64,000 nt of DNA from an uncultured bacterium (lineage in GTDB: Bacteria; RBG-13-66-14; B26-G2; WVWN01). Where the stretch lies: the NCBI GenBank assembly GCA_964563535.1, contig CAZLXP010000001.1:423-64422 (forward strand), read 5' to 3'. A program made the position numbers and the translations under genes. Shown in pieces: positions 55,654 through 64,000 of this stretch; the stretch's first letter is position 1; each line of letters begins with the position of its first letter. The notes under the pieces were generated by a model. It had not been told where the DNA came from. It did no database searches and saw only the letters and a list, made by a program, of their open reading frames with translations.

Positions 55654-58600
55654 TTAATTACGCGCATTTAGAAGTGGTATTCTAAATACGTCTTTATACG
55701 TGCGCCAGTCCATCTGGCACTCAGGTTTGTACCTATCAATACTGCGTCGTATTGATATATATGCCCATACCTCCATCCTCCGATTATCTGCAATTCGTTC
55801 TAAAATATCTCTTTTGATCTCGAGTAGGAATCCTTCCGATTTCGGCTTATGACGCCGACGGCCCTGATCGAAAGCTTCCTGCCACTCTATTGATCTAACG
55901 GCTTTATGCCCGTTCATATTATATCCAAACTCGTCGCCAGCCGCCGGTAGGAAGCCAACCTCCTCCGCTATTGAATGATTTAATGCGGCGAGGTCCAGAG
56001 TACGCGTTCCCCGAAATGCCCGTCGAGTGATAACTACGAGCGGGAAGAAGCCAGCGACGGAAGGTGGTGCGTTACTTCTCGCTAATTCGTACCTATAAAG
56101 ATTCCGAAAACGCGATAATGAGCCTTCCCGGATTTCGTCGTAAGCTTCGTCAACTGTCGGGACCGTTCCACCCCGAGGTATGCCGAACGTGATAACCCAG
56201 GTAAGGTTGGCGCGTTGCGTATCCGGGCTTAACCGCTCGCCCGTTCTTTGTTCGGTATTTTCGAATAACGTGATCCACTCTGGATCTCGCGAATCGTAGT
56301 GGGCTTGTAGTCCTCCAACATCGGCGAATTCCAAGAATTCATCATCGGTAAGTCCATCGTTAATCCATGAAATCCGGTCGGGGCGAATAACCCGTTTTAC
56401 TAAATTATCAGTTGGATCCGAAAGCCTTAATATATCCTCGTTATATTGGAGGAAATCGAATTCTATCTGACCTGTTTCTACTAACGATTGTATAGCGCGG
56501 TTTAATGCCGACCGCGTTTCCCGTCCGAATTCGCCTTCTATCTCGATTAAATCGAAATTCGTATTAATGTTATATTCTTGATAGACAGCGTATTCGTCCT
56601 TAAGACCTTCTTCTAGCCGCGGATAAAGCCGTGAAAGTTCCGTAAGGAAACGTTTTTTGAGTTCCTCTCCTGGGGCTCCTTTGCCTAATACGTTCATCAT
56701 CCACTCTATGTACTTCGGGAATTGAACCTTTTCTCCCGCTTTCATTTCCAATTGCGGAAGTCGTCGCGAGATAATACGCGGCGACTCGACTAAACCGCGA
56801 GAACACGCGAGTGTCTTGGTCGGAATATCCGCTCCTCGTTGGGCCGCGACCTCTATAGATTTATCAATAGTAATCCTTAGATTACGATGGTTTTCGTGCT
56901 GGCCGAGTTTTACAAGTCGGGATGCGAAACGTTCAGCTACTCCCGTGTTATAGATGAAGACCGAAAACATTAAAGTCGTAACATACTCCTTCTGTCCGTC
57001 CGTTAAACTTCCCCAAGTATCCAGGATTACTTCTATCAACTCTACCCGTTCTGTTAATAATCGGAAAAGGGCATCCTGGGCTAATAGGCGGAGACCTACG
57101 ACAGGGTAATCGAATAACTCGATTAAATAACTCAGGCACGCGTTTTCGAAGGTACTCGATCGCCCGTTAGTCAACCACCCTAAGTCCGAAGGTTTTTCTA
57201 TTATACCGGCTACGAGGCGTTTATTATACTCCGACCAAATATCGTAAAGTTTTAACGCGTCGAAACTCGAGGTTTTGGCGACGAATTTCAACAAATTATC
57301 GAGTTGGTAAATTATCGACTCGGGGTACTTTTGGTACTCCCGCCGGAAACCTTCGAATAAAACCTCTATTGACTTTTCTTTGTCGAACTCCAGGAGTTTA
57401 GTGAAAATAATATGGCCAAGCTCCCCGTAAGATTCGAGGTATTTACCTAGAGCCTCCCAAGCTTCGACTAAATCCGTAACGGCACGGTCCGGATCGGATG
57501 CTTCCCAACGACAAGCCACTTCGTACAAACCTACAGCTTTAGTCCCGGATCTACACCGTTGGCGATAGAACGCCTCCCATTCTTCCAACGCCGCTGAAGG
57601 TGCCGATTTCACCCATCCCGGCAATCGACTCCGTACTTCTTCATCAAGCGACAACGGGATATCTACGGTTCGAACTAAACTGTCAAGCCACCCTTCGACA
57701 TCGAAGTACCCTTCAAAGTCTTCGGCCGTAACGGCGACTGGTAAAATATCTGATATCGCGACGACGAACTCGTTAAAGGCTTGGCGAAGGATTTCCCTTG
57801 TTCGTAGTCCTCCCTCTAGAGGTGCGTCCATTGCTTTATCGGTTAATTCTCCGAAATATACGTCGATGTGTTTGTCTTCGATATCCTCCTCTTCTCGGCA
57901 GGCGGCTTTCGCCAGAGCCATTTTTATATCTGGGCGGGTACTATCTAATTCCCGGAGGCGTCCTTTTCGGGTTTCTTCACGACACGCTTCATCAAATATC
58001 GTTTCTAGTTCACTCAAAACGTCGCCCGAAAAACCTTCGAGCTCTTCCGCCCATCTTTCCCTTTCGGAGGATGCCCCAGGGTATAATCTGGTATCCGCGC
58101 CTTCTTCGCTTTTAGGCGGGTACTTCGCGTAATCACTACTTACTTCTAAGGGCGCATTTCCAAGCGAGATCCACAATTCCGCCCAACGTCCTAACTCCTC
58201 AGGCATATCTTTCTCAACAAGGAGTACGTAGCGCCAGAATTCGTAAGCGTTTATAGCAGTACCAATATCGTCGTTTTTAAGGGCCGCTGAATAAACGGAG
58301 AACATAGCTGGCTTCGTTTGGTCGTTGAACCACCGGTAATCCTCCCATCGGTCTAAAGTTTCTGCAAGAGCTAGAACGAAGCGGCGGTCCACGTCGGTGT
58401 TCTCCGCGAGTACGCGTACGATATCACTTAGAGTAACATCTCGGAAAACCAGTTCCTCTTCGCGACTAAGAGCCTTTAAAGCTACCCTTGGGTCGATTTT
58501 CGAAATGAATTCGATTAGGCCCCCGATAGCTGTAGCTACTGTTTTCGCTTGCGTAACGCCGTCGAGTTTATGAGCGAGTGTTAATTGTTCTCGAACCCTA

Positions 58601-61600
58601 TTAATCGAACCTTCGGGGTCTTGGTTGTGGGCGAATTCGAGTGCCGTAATAATATAATTAAACTGGTAATCCTTCCGCCAATATACTCCACAGCCGATAT
58701 TTAATAAATCCGCCCAGACCCTATCCGCTTCATCAGAGAATCCGCACCGGCCCCACGCCGAAGCGCAGGCCACTAACCAATTCGTAGCCGATGAAGCTTC
58801 TTCATTTTCCCTTACGCTTACTTCCACTATCTCGATTAGGTTACGGATCAACCCCTTCGAAACGTCGTCGTCCCCCATATTATAAACGGCTTCCGCTAAA
58901 GCTAATGTAGCCTTCGGATATAAGACAGCCCTCTTTCCATCCCGGCCTCGAAGCCATAACCGGGTAATTAGCGCGACGTCCGCTTCTGTTAGAATTGAAG
59001 TTATACACGACCAAACTTGTTCGAATAAAACATAGGCGCTTCGCCTGTAGAGTCCCTCGGTAAAATCGAACCGGCGGTCCAAACCTTCGAATAAATACGT
59101 TGGAGGATCTAACCCTTCCAATATACCTTCTATAATCGCGACAGCGGAATCTCCGTCAACTAATTCGCGAGTGTTGCGAACCCACAACCACGCAAGTCGC
59201 CCGATGGCGGAAACAACCGTTTTTACGGGTTCGGTTAATCCGGTCGTGGTCGCTTCGAACCACGGAAATCCGGTATCTTCTTGGAGGAAATAAATCCTCA
59301 ATTGATCGTAAAGGGCGTAGATGTCGTCATTAAATTCAACCCCCGACCTCTCGGAACCCGAAAGGCTAGTTGGTAGCCGGGGTCGTGGGGCGGGGGCTGT
59401 TCGCGGTACGTCGTTTAGTACTAACTCCGGTAACTCAAGATATAACGCGTTCCGGAAGTCATCCGGGATTTCCGATAGGTTTAGTTCTCCTAACTCCGCC
59501 TTGGCTTCGTTTCCTACTCCCCTAAGCGTTAATATTAAACAGATTGCGGCGCTAGCTGTAGCCCTTACTATCGACCCCACCCTATCAGAATCGCGGATAC
59601 TCTCTAATGCGTCAATTATACCGCGTTCGGCATACTCACGTACGACTGCCATTTGGATTTTGGTATTTATCTTGGCGCCCTCAATATCCGTGACGGTTTC
59701 TCTCGTATAACGGCCGTGCAAAGGTTTGGTCTGCCAAACCGTATCTTCTATGCGCCGGAGTAATTCGACCGGGTTTCCTACGTGACTTTTCGCGCAGTAC
59801 CATTTTATATTTGCTTGGACGTCGGACCCGGGATCGGGCGCTTCCCCTAACCCAGCTTCTATAATACGTCGTGGTAGTATCTTACCTCTCGATTTACGAT
59901 ACGAGAGAGCGAATTCAGCGAACTCGGTCGGACTACACTTCCTACGTTCACCGTCCCAGACTCTCCTCGTCGCTTCTTCATCGCGCCCCATATCCAAGAG
60001 TAATACCGCTAACTCGTTTTCCGACAATCCAATATTATGGTCTACAAGTGCGACCGTCTGTTTTAGAAGCGATATTCTAACGAACTCCAACACATCGTGG
60101 GTGAATGACGCGGCTTGCCATGCATAATCAAGGTTCCTCTGTATCTCGTAGATAGGCCTAAAGTTTTTCCACGCCCTTTCTAACCAATTACCGTCGCATA
60201 TTTCCAGAACCTTAGTATATTCGCCGGCTTCAACCGCGTGTCGAAATTGGTGACGCCAAGTCTCATCCCTATTAGGGTGTTGTTCGTACCAACTCGTCAT
60301 CGCTACAGCGATTTCTTTTTGTATGTCACTCGTACGTTCGTTTACGAAATCGGCGAAACTATTATGCTTAATCGCCCAGCTTTTGGCGTCAGAAACTCGT
60401 AGGAGATGTTTCGTACGCCTCAGCGTCTGGTGGACTTCTAGGAGTGTGGTTTCAGGTCTTACGAAAGTTAATACGTCCTTTAAAGTTTCGGGCGTAATAA
60501 ACTCGTTAAGCGCTGCCAAGAACGCTAGGATATGAACCGTTAGGGGATCGGATTCTAAATCAGCCCAAAGGTAACGGAAGTAGTGATCAATCTTCTCACC
60601 TCGTAGCGTTGGCGCCGATTCGAGATACGTTTTTTGATCGAGCTTACTCATCCCTTGTAATTGGCTAGCTAGGATATCCAGTATAAGGGGGACTCCTCGA
60701 GTTATTTCGCAGACCAACCTTAGGAATTCGCCAGAAAGATTAACGCCGCGGCGCCGGAAAAACTCGAACACTTGATCTTGAGTAAATCCGGGGACCTGGA
60801 TATGACGCTTCGGATCACTTTCTATATGTTCGCGGACCGCCGAAGGTAAAACATCCGGATATTGCGAACTTAAAACGATCAATACGTTCTTCGGTAGTGT
60901 CGCGTCTAGTACATTCGTTAATGGTTGTTCGAGTGTTTCCCGGCTTTTACGATGTACGTGGTCCAAACCATCGACGACGAAGATAACCCGGAGGCCACTT
61001 TTCGAGAGTCTCGATAACCAATTATTAAGCTGTTCTTGATTTAATTCGCCCCAGGGGTTCGGGAATTCGAAATGAGGGAAGGCGTTTCGTAAACTAATAC
61101 AAATCGATTGCGTAAATATATCGCCCCGGAGCCGGTCGTTTCCTAAACTCTCGTCGTTAGGGACGAAGCAATAGTACCCGAAAAGGATGCCCGGGTTTTC
61201 TCTCCGGTACATAGAAAGTGCCGTCGATTTCCCACTGCCGGGCTCCCCCTCAAGGAATACGAACCCTCTATCTAGCGTCTTAAGTGATTCGCTTATTTTG
61301 TCGAAAAGTGCCGGTGTAGGAACCCATAACTCCTCGTCAACAGGGAACTCCTGACTAACATGAATAGCGAAATGCCTATCTAATCCTAATTCTTTGAGGA
61401 CAACTTTCTTATCTACCTCTTGACGGGAGATAGACCAATTTACTATCGCGTCCGTTAATTTATAGAATTGCGTTTTATCTAGACCTAGCGTTGCAAGTTG
61501 GGCGAGTACTCTATATCTCATCGTTTCGCGGTCGGGTTGACCGAACTCGAAACGCAAACATTTAAGGAAACGCGACAATTCTTCGGGATCACGGAGGTCG

Positions 61601-62094
61601 GTCTGTTCAAGAATACAGTCTAGGATCTCCGCGTATTCATCGTATAACTCAGCCTGTTCGATATCGGTGACATCGGGGTTCTCGTTAAAAGGTTTTTGGA
61701 ATTCGCTGATAAAATCCCTGAGGCTTTTCTTATATTTACCCAGTCTAGTCCCGGCCCTCCGGTTAGAAAAAAGAACAACTTCTACAGGGTGATCGCCTTC
61801 GGCGATTTGCTTAAAACCGCGCACTAGTTTCCCTAGTAACGAAATCGAATCCCCGGCGCTCGTTAAAAGGTTAATTAGGGTAAAAGAGAATGAGTCATCC
61901 TCAGAATATTTAACTTGGATGAAAGAATCTTTGTCGTCGGCTTTTACAATAATATCGTCGATATATTTGGCCAGTTGGGGGTTTTCTAAAATAATCGAGT
62001 TATATCTACTACCGGTTTCTATTAACGTCAGGACGTACGACGCTGCCACAATATTCTGGTAGTAGAATCCACCTTGCGCGTCAGCTCCTGCCAT
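55654..62094 (-). CDS. Giant STAND/NACHT NTPase (2146 aa) with an N-terminal Cap4/DUF4297-like nuclease-type domain and a very long C-terminal helical-repeat region. Avs/NLR-like candidate antiviral sensor.
   Basis: N-terminus MAGADAQGGFYYQNIVAASYVLTLI...DDIIVKADDKDSFIQVKYS (GGxxYQ start and D...xK, reminiscent of DUF4297). Walker A FLEGEPGSGKSTALSMY; Walker B/NACHT VIFVVDGLDHVHRK. About 1600 aa of helical repeats follow. Confidence 0.65.
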   Translation of the reverse strand: MAGADAQGGFYYQNIVAASYVLTLIETGSRYNSIILENPQLAKYIDDIIVKADDKDSFIQVKYSEDDSFSFTLINLLTSAGDSISLLGKLVRGFKQIAEGDHPVEVVLFSNRRAGTRLGKYKKSLRDFISEFQKPFNENPDVTDIEQAELYDEYAEILDCILEQTDLRDPEELSRFLKCLRFEFGQPDRETMRYRVLAQLATLGLDKTQFYKLTDAIVNWSISRQEVDKKVVLKELGLDRHFAIHVSQEFPVDEELWVPTPALFDKISESLKTLDRGFVFLEGEPGSGKSTALSMYRRENPGILFGYYCFVPNDESLGNDRLRGDIFTQSICISLRNAFPHFEFPNPWGELNQEQLNNWLSRLSKSGLRVIFVVDGLDHVHRKSRETLEQPLTNVLDATLPKNVLIVLSSQYPDVLPSAVREHIESDPKRHIQVPGFTQDQVFEFFRRRGVNLSGEFLRLVCEITRGVPLILDILASQLQGMSKLDQKTYLESAPTLRGEKIDHYFRYLWADLESDPLTVHILAFLAALNEFITPETLKDVLTFVRPETTLLEVHQTLRRTKHLLRVSDAKSWAIKHNSFADFVNERTSDIQKEIAVAMTSWYEQHPNRDETWRHQFRHAVEAGEYTKVLEICDGNWLERAWKNFRPIYEIQRNLDYAWQAASFTHDVLEFVRISLLKQTVALVDHNIGLSENELAVLLLDMGRDEEATRRVWDGERRKCSPTEFAEFALSYRKSRGKILPRRIIEAGLGEAPDPGSDVQANIKWYCAKSHVGNPVELLRRIEDTVWQTKPLHGRYTRETVTDIEGAKINTKIQMAVVREYAERGIIDALESIRDSDRVGSIVRATASAAICLILTLRGVGNEAKAELGELNLSEIPDDFRNALYLELPELVLNDVPRTAPAPRPRLPTSLSGSERSGVEFNDDIYALYDQLRIYFLQEDTGFPWFEATTTGLTEPVKTVVSAIGRLAWLWVRNTRELVDGDSAVAIIEGILEGLDPPTYLFEGLDRRFDFTEGLYRRSAYVLFEQVWSCITSILTEADVALITRLWLRGRDGKRAVLYPKATLALAEAVYNMGDDDVSKGLIRNLIEIVEVSVRENEEASSATNWLVACASAWGRCGFSDEADRVWADLLNIGCGVYWRKDYQFNYIITALEFAHNQDPEGSINRVREQLTLAHKLDGVTQAKTVATAIGGLIEFISKIDPRVALKALSREEELVFRDVTLSDIVRVLAENTDVDRRFVLALAETLDRWEDYRWFNDQTKPAMFSVYSAALKNDDIGTAINAYEFWRYVLLVEKDMPEELGRWAELWISLGNAPLEVSSDYAKYPPKSEEGADTRLYPGASSERERWAEELEGFSGDVLSELETIFDEACREETRKGRLRELDSTRPDIKMALAKAACREEEDIEDKHIDVYFGELTDKAMDAPLEGGLRTREILRQAFNEFVVAISDILPVAVTAEDFEGYFDVEGWLDSLVRTVDIPLSLDEEVRSRLPGWVKSAPSAALEEWEAFYRQRCRSGTKAVGLYEVACRWEASDPDRAVTDLVEAWEALGKYLESYGELGHIIFTKLLEFDKEKSIEVLFEGFRREYQKYPESIIYQLDNLLKFVAKTSSFDALKLYDIWSEYNKRLVAGIIEKPSDLGWLTNGRSSTFENACLSYLIELFDYPVVGLRLLAQDALFRLLTERVELIEVILDTWGSLTDGQKEYVTTLMFSVFIYNTGVAERFASRLVKLGQHENHRNLRITIDKSIEVAAQRGADIPTKTLACSRGLVESPRIISRRLPQLEMKAGEKVQFPKYIEWMMNVLGKGAPGEELKKRFLTELSRLYPRLEEGLKDEYAVYQEYNINTNFDLIEIEGEFGRETRSALNRAIQSLVETGQIEFDFLQYNEDILRLSDPTDNLVKRVIRPDRISWINDGLTDDEFLEFADVGGLQAHYDSRDPEWITLFENTEQRTGERLSPDTQRANLTWVITFGIPRGGTVPTVDEAYDEIREGSLSRFRNLYRYELARSNAPPSVAGFFPLVVITRRAFRGTRTLDLAALNHSIAEEVGFLPAAGDEFGYNMNGHKAVRSIEWQEAFDQGRRRHKPKSEGFLLEIKRDILERIADNRRMEVWAYISIRRSIDRYKPECQMDWRTYKDVFRIPLLNARN

Positions 62095-62199
62095 AAATCA
62101 ACGCAACCTCTTTCCTTAGTTCGATCCTACCGGTTTGATCGCAGCGGTCCTGTTTGATAACAACGTATTTTGCTGATACCCGCCCGCAAAGTTGACGAA

Positions 62200-62327
62200 A
62201 CGCCGCCCCCAGCCTGAGCCGGCGGGCGGCTTAGTGGAGTTGCCTCCGATCCTTTTCGCGTTCCTGTTCTCGAGCCTCCGTGAGTCCATACCGTCATTTT
62301 AATCGTCACTACGGCCTAAGTCAAGCG
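62200..62327. repeat. Direct repeat, right copy (about 128 bp). Its partner is at 55481-55603.
   Basis: See 55481-55603. This copy lies about 105 bp upstream of the STAND gene start on the minus strand. Confidence 0.7.
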
Positions 62328-62488
62328 GAAGCGTCCTGTGTGCCGCCCATCACGGGAAGCCCCCTGGCCCACTTTGGCCCACCGCTAGAATCGACGCAAA
62401 ACGCGTTTGGGTACCGAGATACCCCTGACGTACAGAGCGCTTTAGACGGCGCGAAGTCGCCGCTGACGTTTTCTGAGCAAGCCGGCCT

Positions 62489-64000
62489 TTACGCGCCGAA
62501 GACCTCCTTGATCAAGTCGTAGGCGGCGTTGATGCCGCCCTCCGCGGTCTCGTCGGTGGTGAGGAGGACGCCGCCCGGGCCGCCCTCTTCGTTTTCCTCG
62601 TAGGGGATGATGCCGTTCTCGCGGTACCACTTCTCCTTGCGTTCCCACTTCCTGCGATATTCGCGGTCGTGGAGGAGACCGCAATGCTCCCAGTAGTACG
62701 TGAAGCCGGTCTCGGCGTCGGCGACGGTGAAATCCGGCCACACGGTCCGGCCGTCTTTCCCGGTGAACGGCTTCTCGTAGCTGTATTCCACGCCGGCGTG
62801 TTTCAGGGCGTTAGCGATGATGACCTCCGACTTGGAGGCGACGAGCTCGCCGTTCTCGGTGAGATAAACTCGGTTGCGGTCGAGGGTTCGCGGCCGCCCT
62901 GGCTTCACCTCCACTACGCACGGGTCGGGGGCGTCGAAGAGGTTAGTCAGGCGTTCGGCAACGACGCTTTCGCCGGCGGAGGCATAGCTTTTAAGTTGGT
63001 AGACGTCGCCCTGGTAGAGAACGACGACGCGGTCCTTTTGGCGGGTGAGGGCGGTGTAGAGAAGTTCGCGCGACAGGAGCCAGCACGGCTCCGGGAGGAC
63101 GAGGATGACGACGTCGAAATCGCTCCCCTGCGCCTTGTGAACGGTGAGGGCGTAAGCGAGTTCAAGGTACGTATCGCCGTCTTCGGCGAAGTGCTTCCCC
63201 GAATACTTATAGAGGATTCCCGGTTGGGAGGAGAACTCGACTTCGAGTTGATACGGCGCCCGTTTTAATTTCTTCCGCTTAGCCTCGTTAACGCACTCGC
63301 CCACGACGACGCCGATTTCGCCGTTAGCGACGTACTCGAGGGGTTCGTCCACCTGCGGCGCCCATAGTTGGTAATGGCCGTGGTTGATGACGTTTATGAC
63401 CTTCTCGCCGTAGACGATGCCCTCCGGGCCGATTGGCCGCGGTATATCGCGGCGCCAACCCTCTTTAACCTGCGCGCGGGCAATCGTATTCGCTTGGAAA
63501 CGACGGTGGATCATCCGGTTGATTTCCGCGACGCCGTGCGCCAGGCCGCGGACCGGCGAGAGGATTTGCCAGTCGTCGGCGCGCGCGCCGGCGCCGGCGT
63601 TGAAGTAAACGCGGTCGCTATCCTTCCAGGGTTCGCCGCCGAGAGCGCGCGCGAAACCGACCTGGTCGTCGGGGCCATCGAGTTGTAGCTCCTCTACGAT
63701 AACGTTCAGCAACCGCTCGCGCAGCTCATCCGGAGTGGACCATTTTTCGAAACGTACGTGCCGCGCTTTGCCGGTCGCGACGCGCGCGAAAATGTCGTCC
63801 GCGCCCGGGTCGAGCGCTCCGCCGCCGAACCAGTCGGCGAGGGCGAGGTCGTCGCGGCGGTCTTCCTCGTGCGCCGGTTGCTGGCGGCATAACACCGTGA
63901 GCTCGGCGTAACCGCGTCCGACGCGCGGCGGCGCCATCGTTTCGGCGTCGGCGGGCCGCAACTGCTCGACGATATCGACGAAGGGCCGCCCCGCGCCGAT
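62489..64000 (-). CDS. C-terminal part of an SF1 helicase (RecD/UvrD-like) with a C-terminal restriction-endonuclease-fold/DUF559-like domain. Partial: the frame is open past the window end.
   Basis: Helicase motif VI-like LAYALTVHKAQGSDFDVVILVL. The C-terminal segment reads SEVIIANALKHAGVEYSYEKPF...RTVWPDFTV...YYWEHCG. The track's apparent start is a TTG in a frame that stays open to position 64000. Confidence 0.5.
   Translation of the reverse strand: MGAGRPFVDIVEQLRPADAETMAPPRVGRGYAELTVLCRQQPAHEEDRRDDLALADWFGGGALDPGADDIFARVATGKARHVRFEKWSTPDELRERLLNVIVEELQLDGPDDQVGFARALGGEPWKDSDRVYFNAGAGARADDWQILSPVRGLAHGVAEINRMIHRRFQANTIARAQVKEGWRRDIPRPIGPEGIVYGEKVINVINHGHYQLWAPQVDEPLEYVANGEIGVVVGECVNEAKRKKLKRAPYQLEVEFSSQPGILYKYSGKHFAEDGDTYLELAYALTVHKAQGSDFDVVILVLPEPCWLLSRELLYTALTRQKDRVVVLYQGDVYQLKSYASAGESVVAERLTNLFDAPDPCVVEVKPGRPRTLDRNRVYLTENGELVASKSEVIIANALKHAGVEYSYEKPFTGKDGRTVWPDFTVADAETGFTYYWEHCGLLHDREYRRKWERKEKWYRENGIIPYEENEEGGPGGVLLTTDETAEGGINAAYDLIKEVFGA

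Overview
This is a high-GC (about 65%) Gram-negative-type bacterial contig, probably metagenome-derived. It falls into three parts.

(1) 1-6.9 kb: an exopolysaccharide export and assembly locus on the minus strand. It holds a GT-C (ArnT/PMT-like) membrane glycosyltransferase, a Wzc-type BY-kinase co-polymerase with a Tyr-rich tail, a Wza-like OPX protein, a LysM lipoprotein, a secreted protein and a GT4 glycosyltransferase.

(2) 7.3-16.8 kb: a dense two-component signalling cluster. It holds a sigma-54 NtrC-type regulator, three PAS-containing histidine kinases (two with N-terminal receivers) and three single-domain receivers.

(3) 17-64 kb: a mosaic accessory/defence island with patchy low-GC inserts. 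Its contents are:
- A five-copy family of secreted NHL beta-propeller proteins. They share signal peptides, a 13-aa C-terminal tail (APASLGRVKALFK), duplicated promoters and terminators, one nonsense-mutated copy and orphan 3' fragments.
- An orphan hicB antitoxin gene, plus a fragment copy elsewhere.
- A type IIG restriction-modification (RM) gene (959 aa). It is followed by a tandem array of at least 8 direct copies of its own 3' end (each with a GC hairpin). Between the copies sit unrelated low-GC cargo genes: a class III nucleotide cyclase, an Ada-type Zn-ribbon mini-protein, multi-TM proteins, DUF3800 and a DUSP-like phosphatase. This looks like serial site-specific accretion of integrase-less cassettes at the gene's 3' end. 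It is the most likely undescribed system in this window.
- Decayed IS3-family remnants and a truncated HTH/ImmA-like gene.
- A CBASS-like pair: a SMODS nucleotidyltransferase plus a SLOG-PNP nucleosidase effector.
- A QueC + TGT-like (DpdA-like) pair, suggesting 7-deazaguanine DNA modification.
- A type III-like Mod/Res operon interrupted by AlbA_2/Schlafen-like and HhH-like genes, with a short tandem repeat in the res promoter.
- A 2146-aa NACHT/STAND (Avs-like) protein flanked by roughly 125-bp direct repeats.
- A partial SF1 helicase-nuclease at the window edge.

No rRNA, tRNA or CRISPR array was found.
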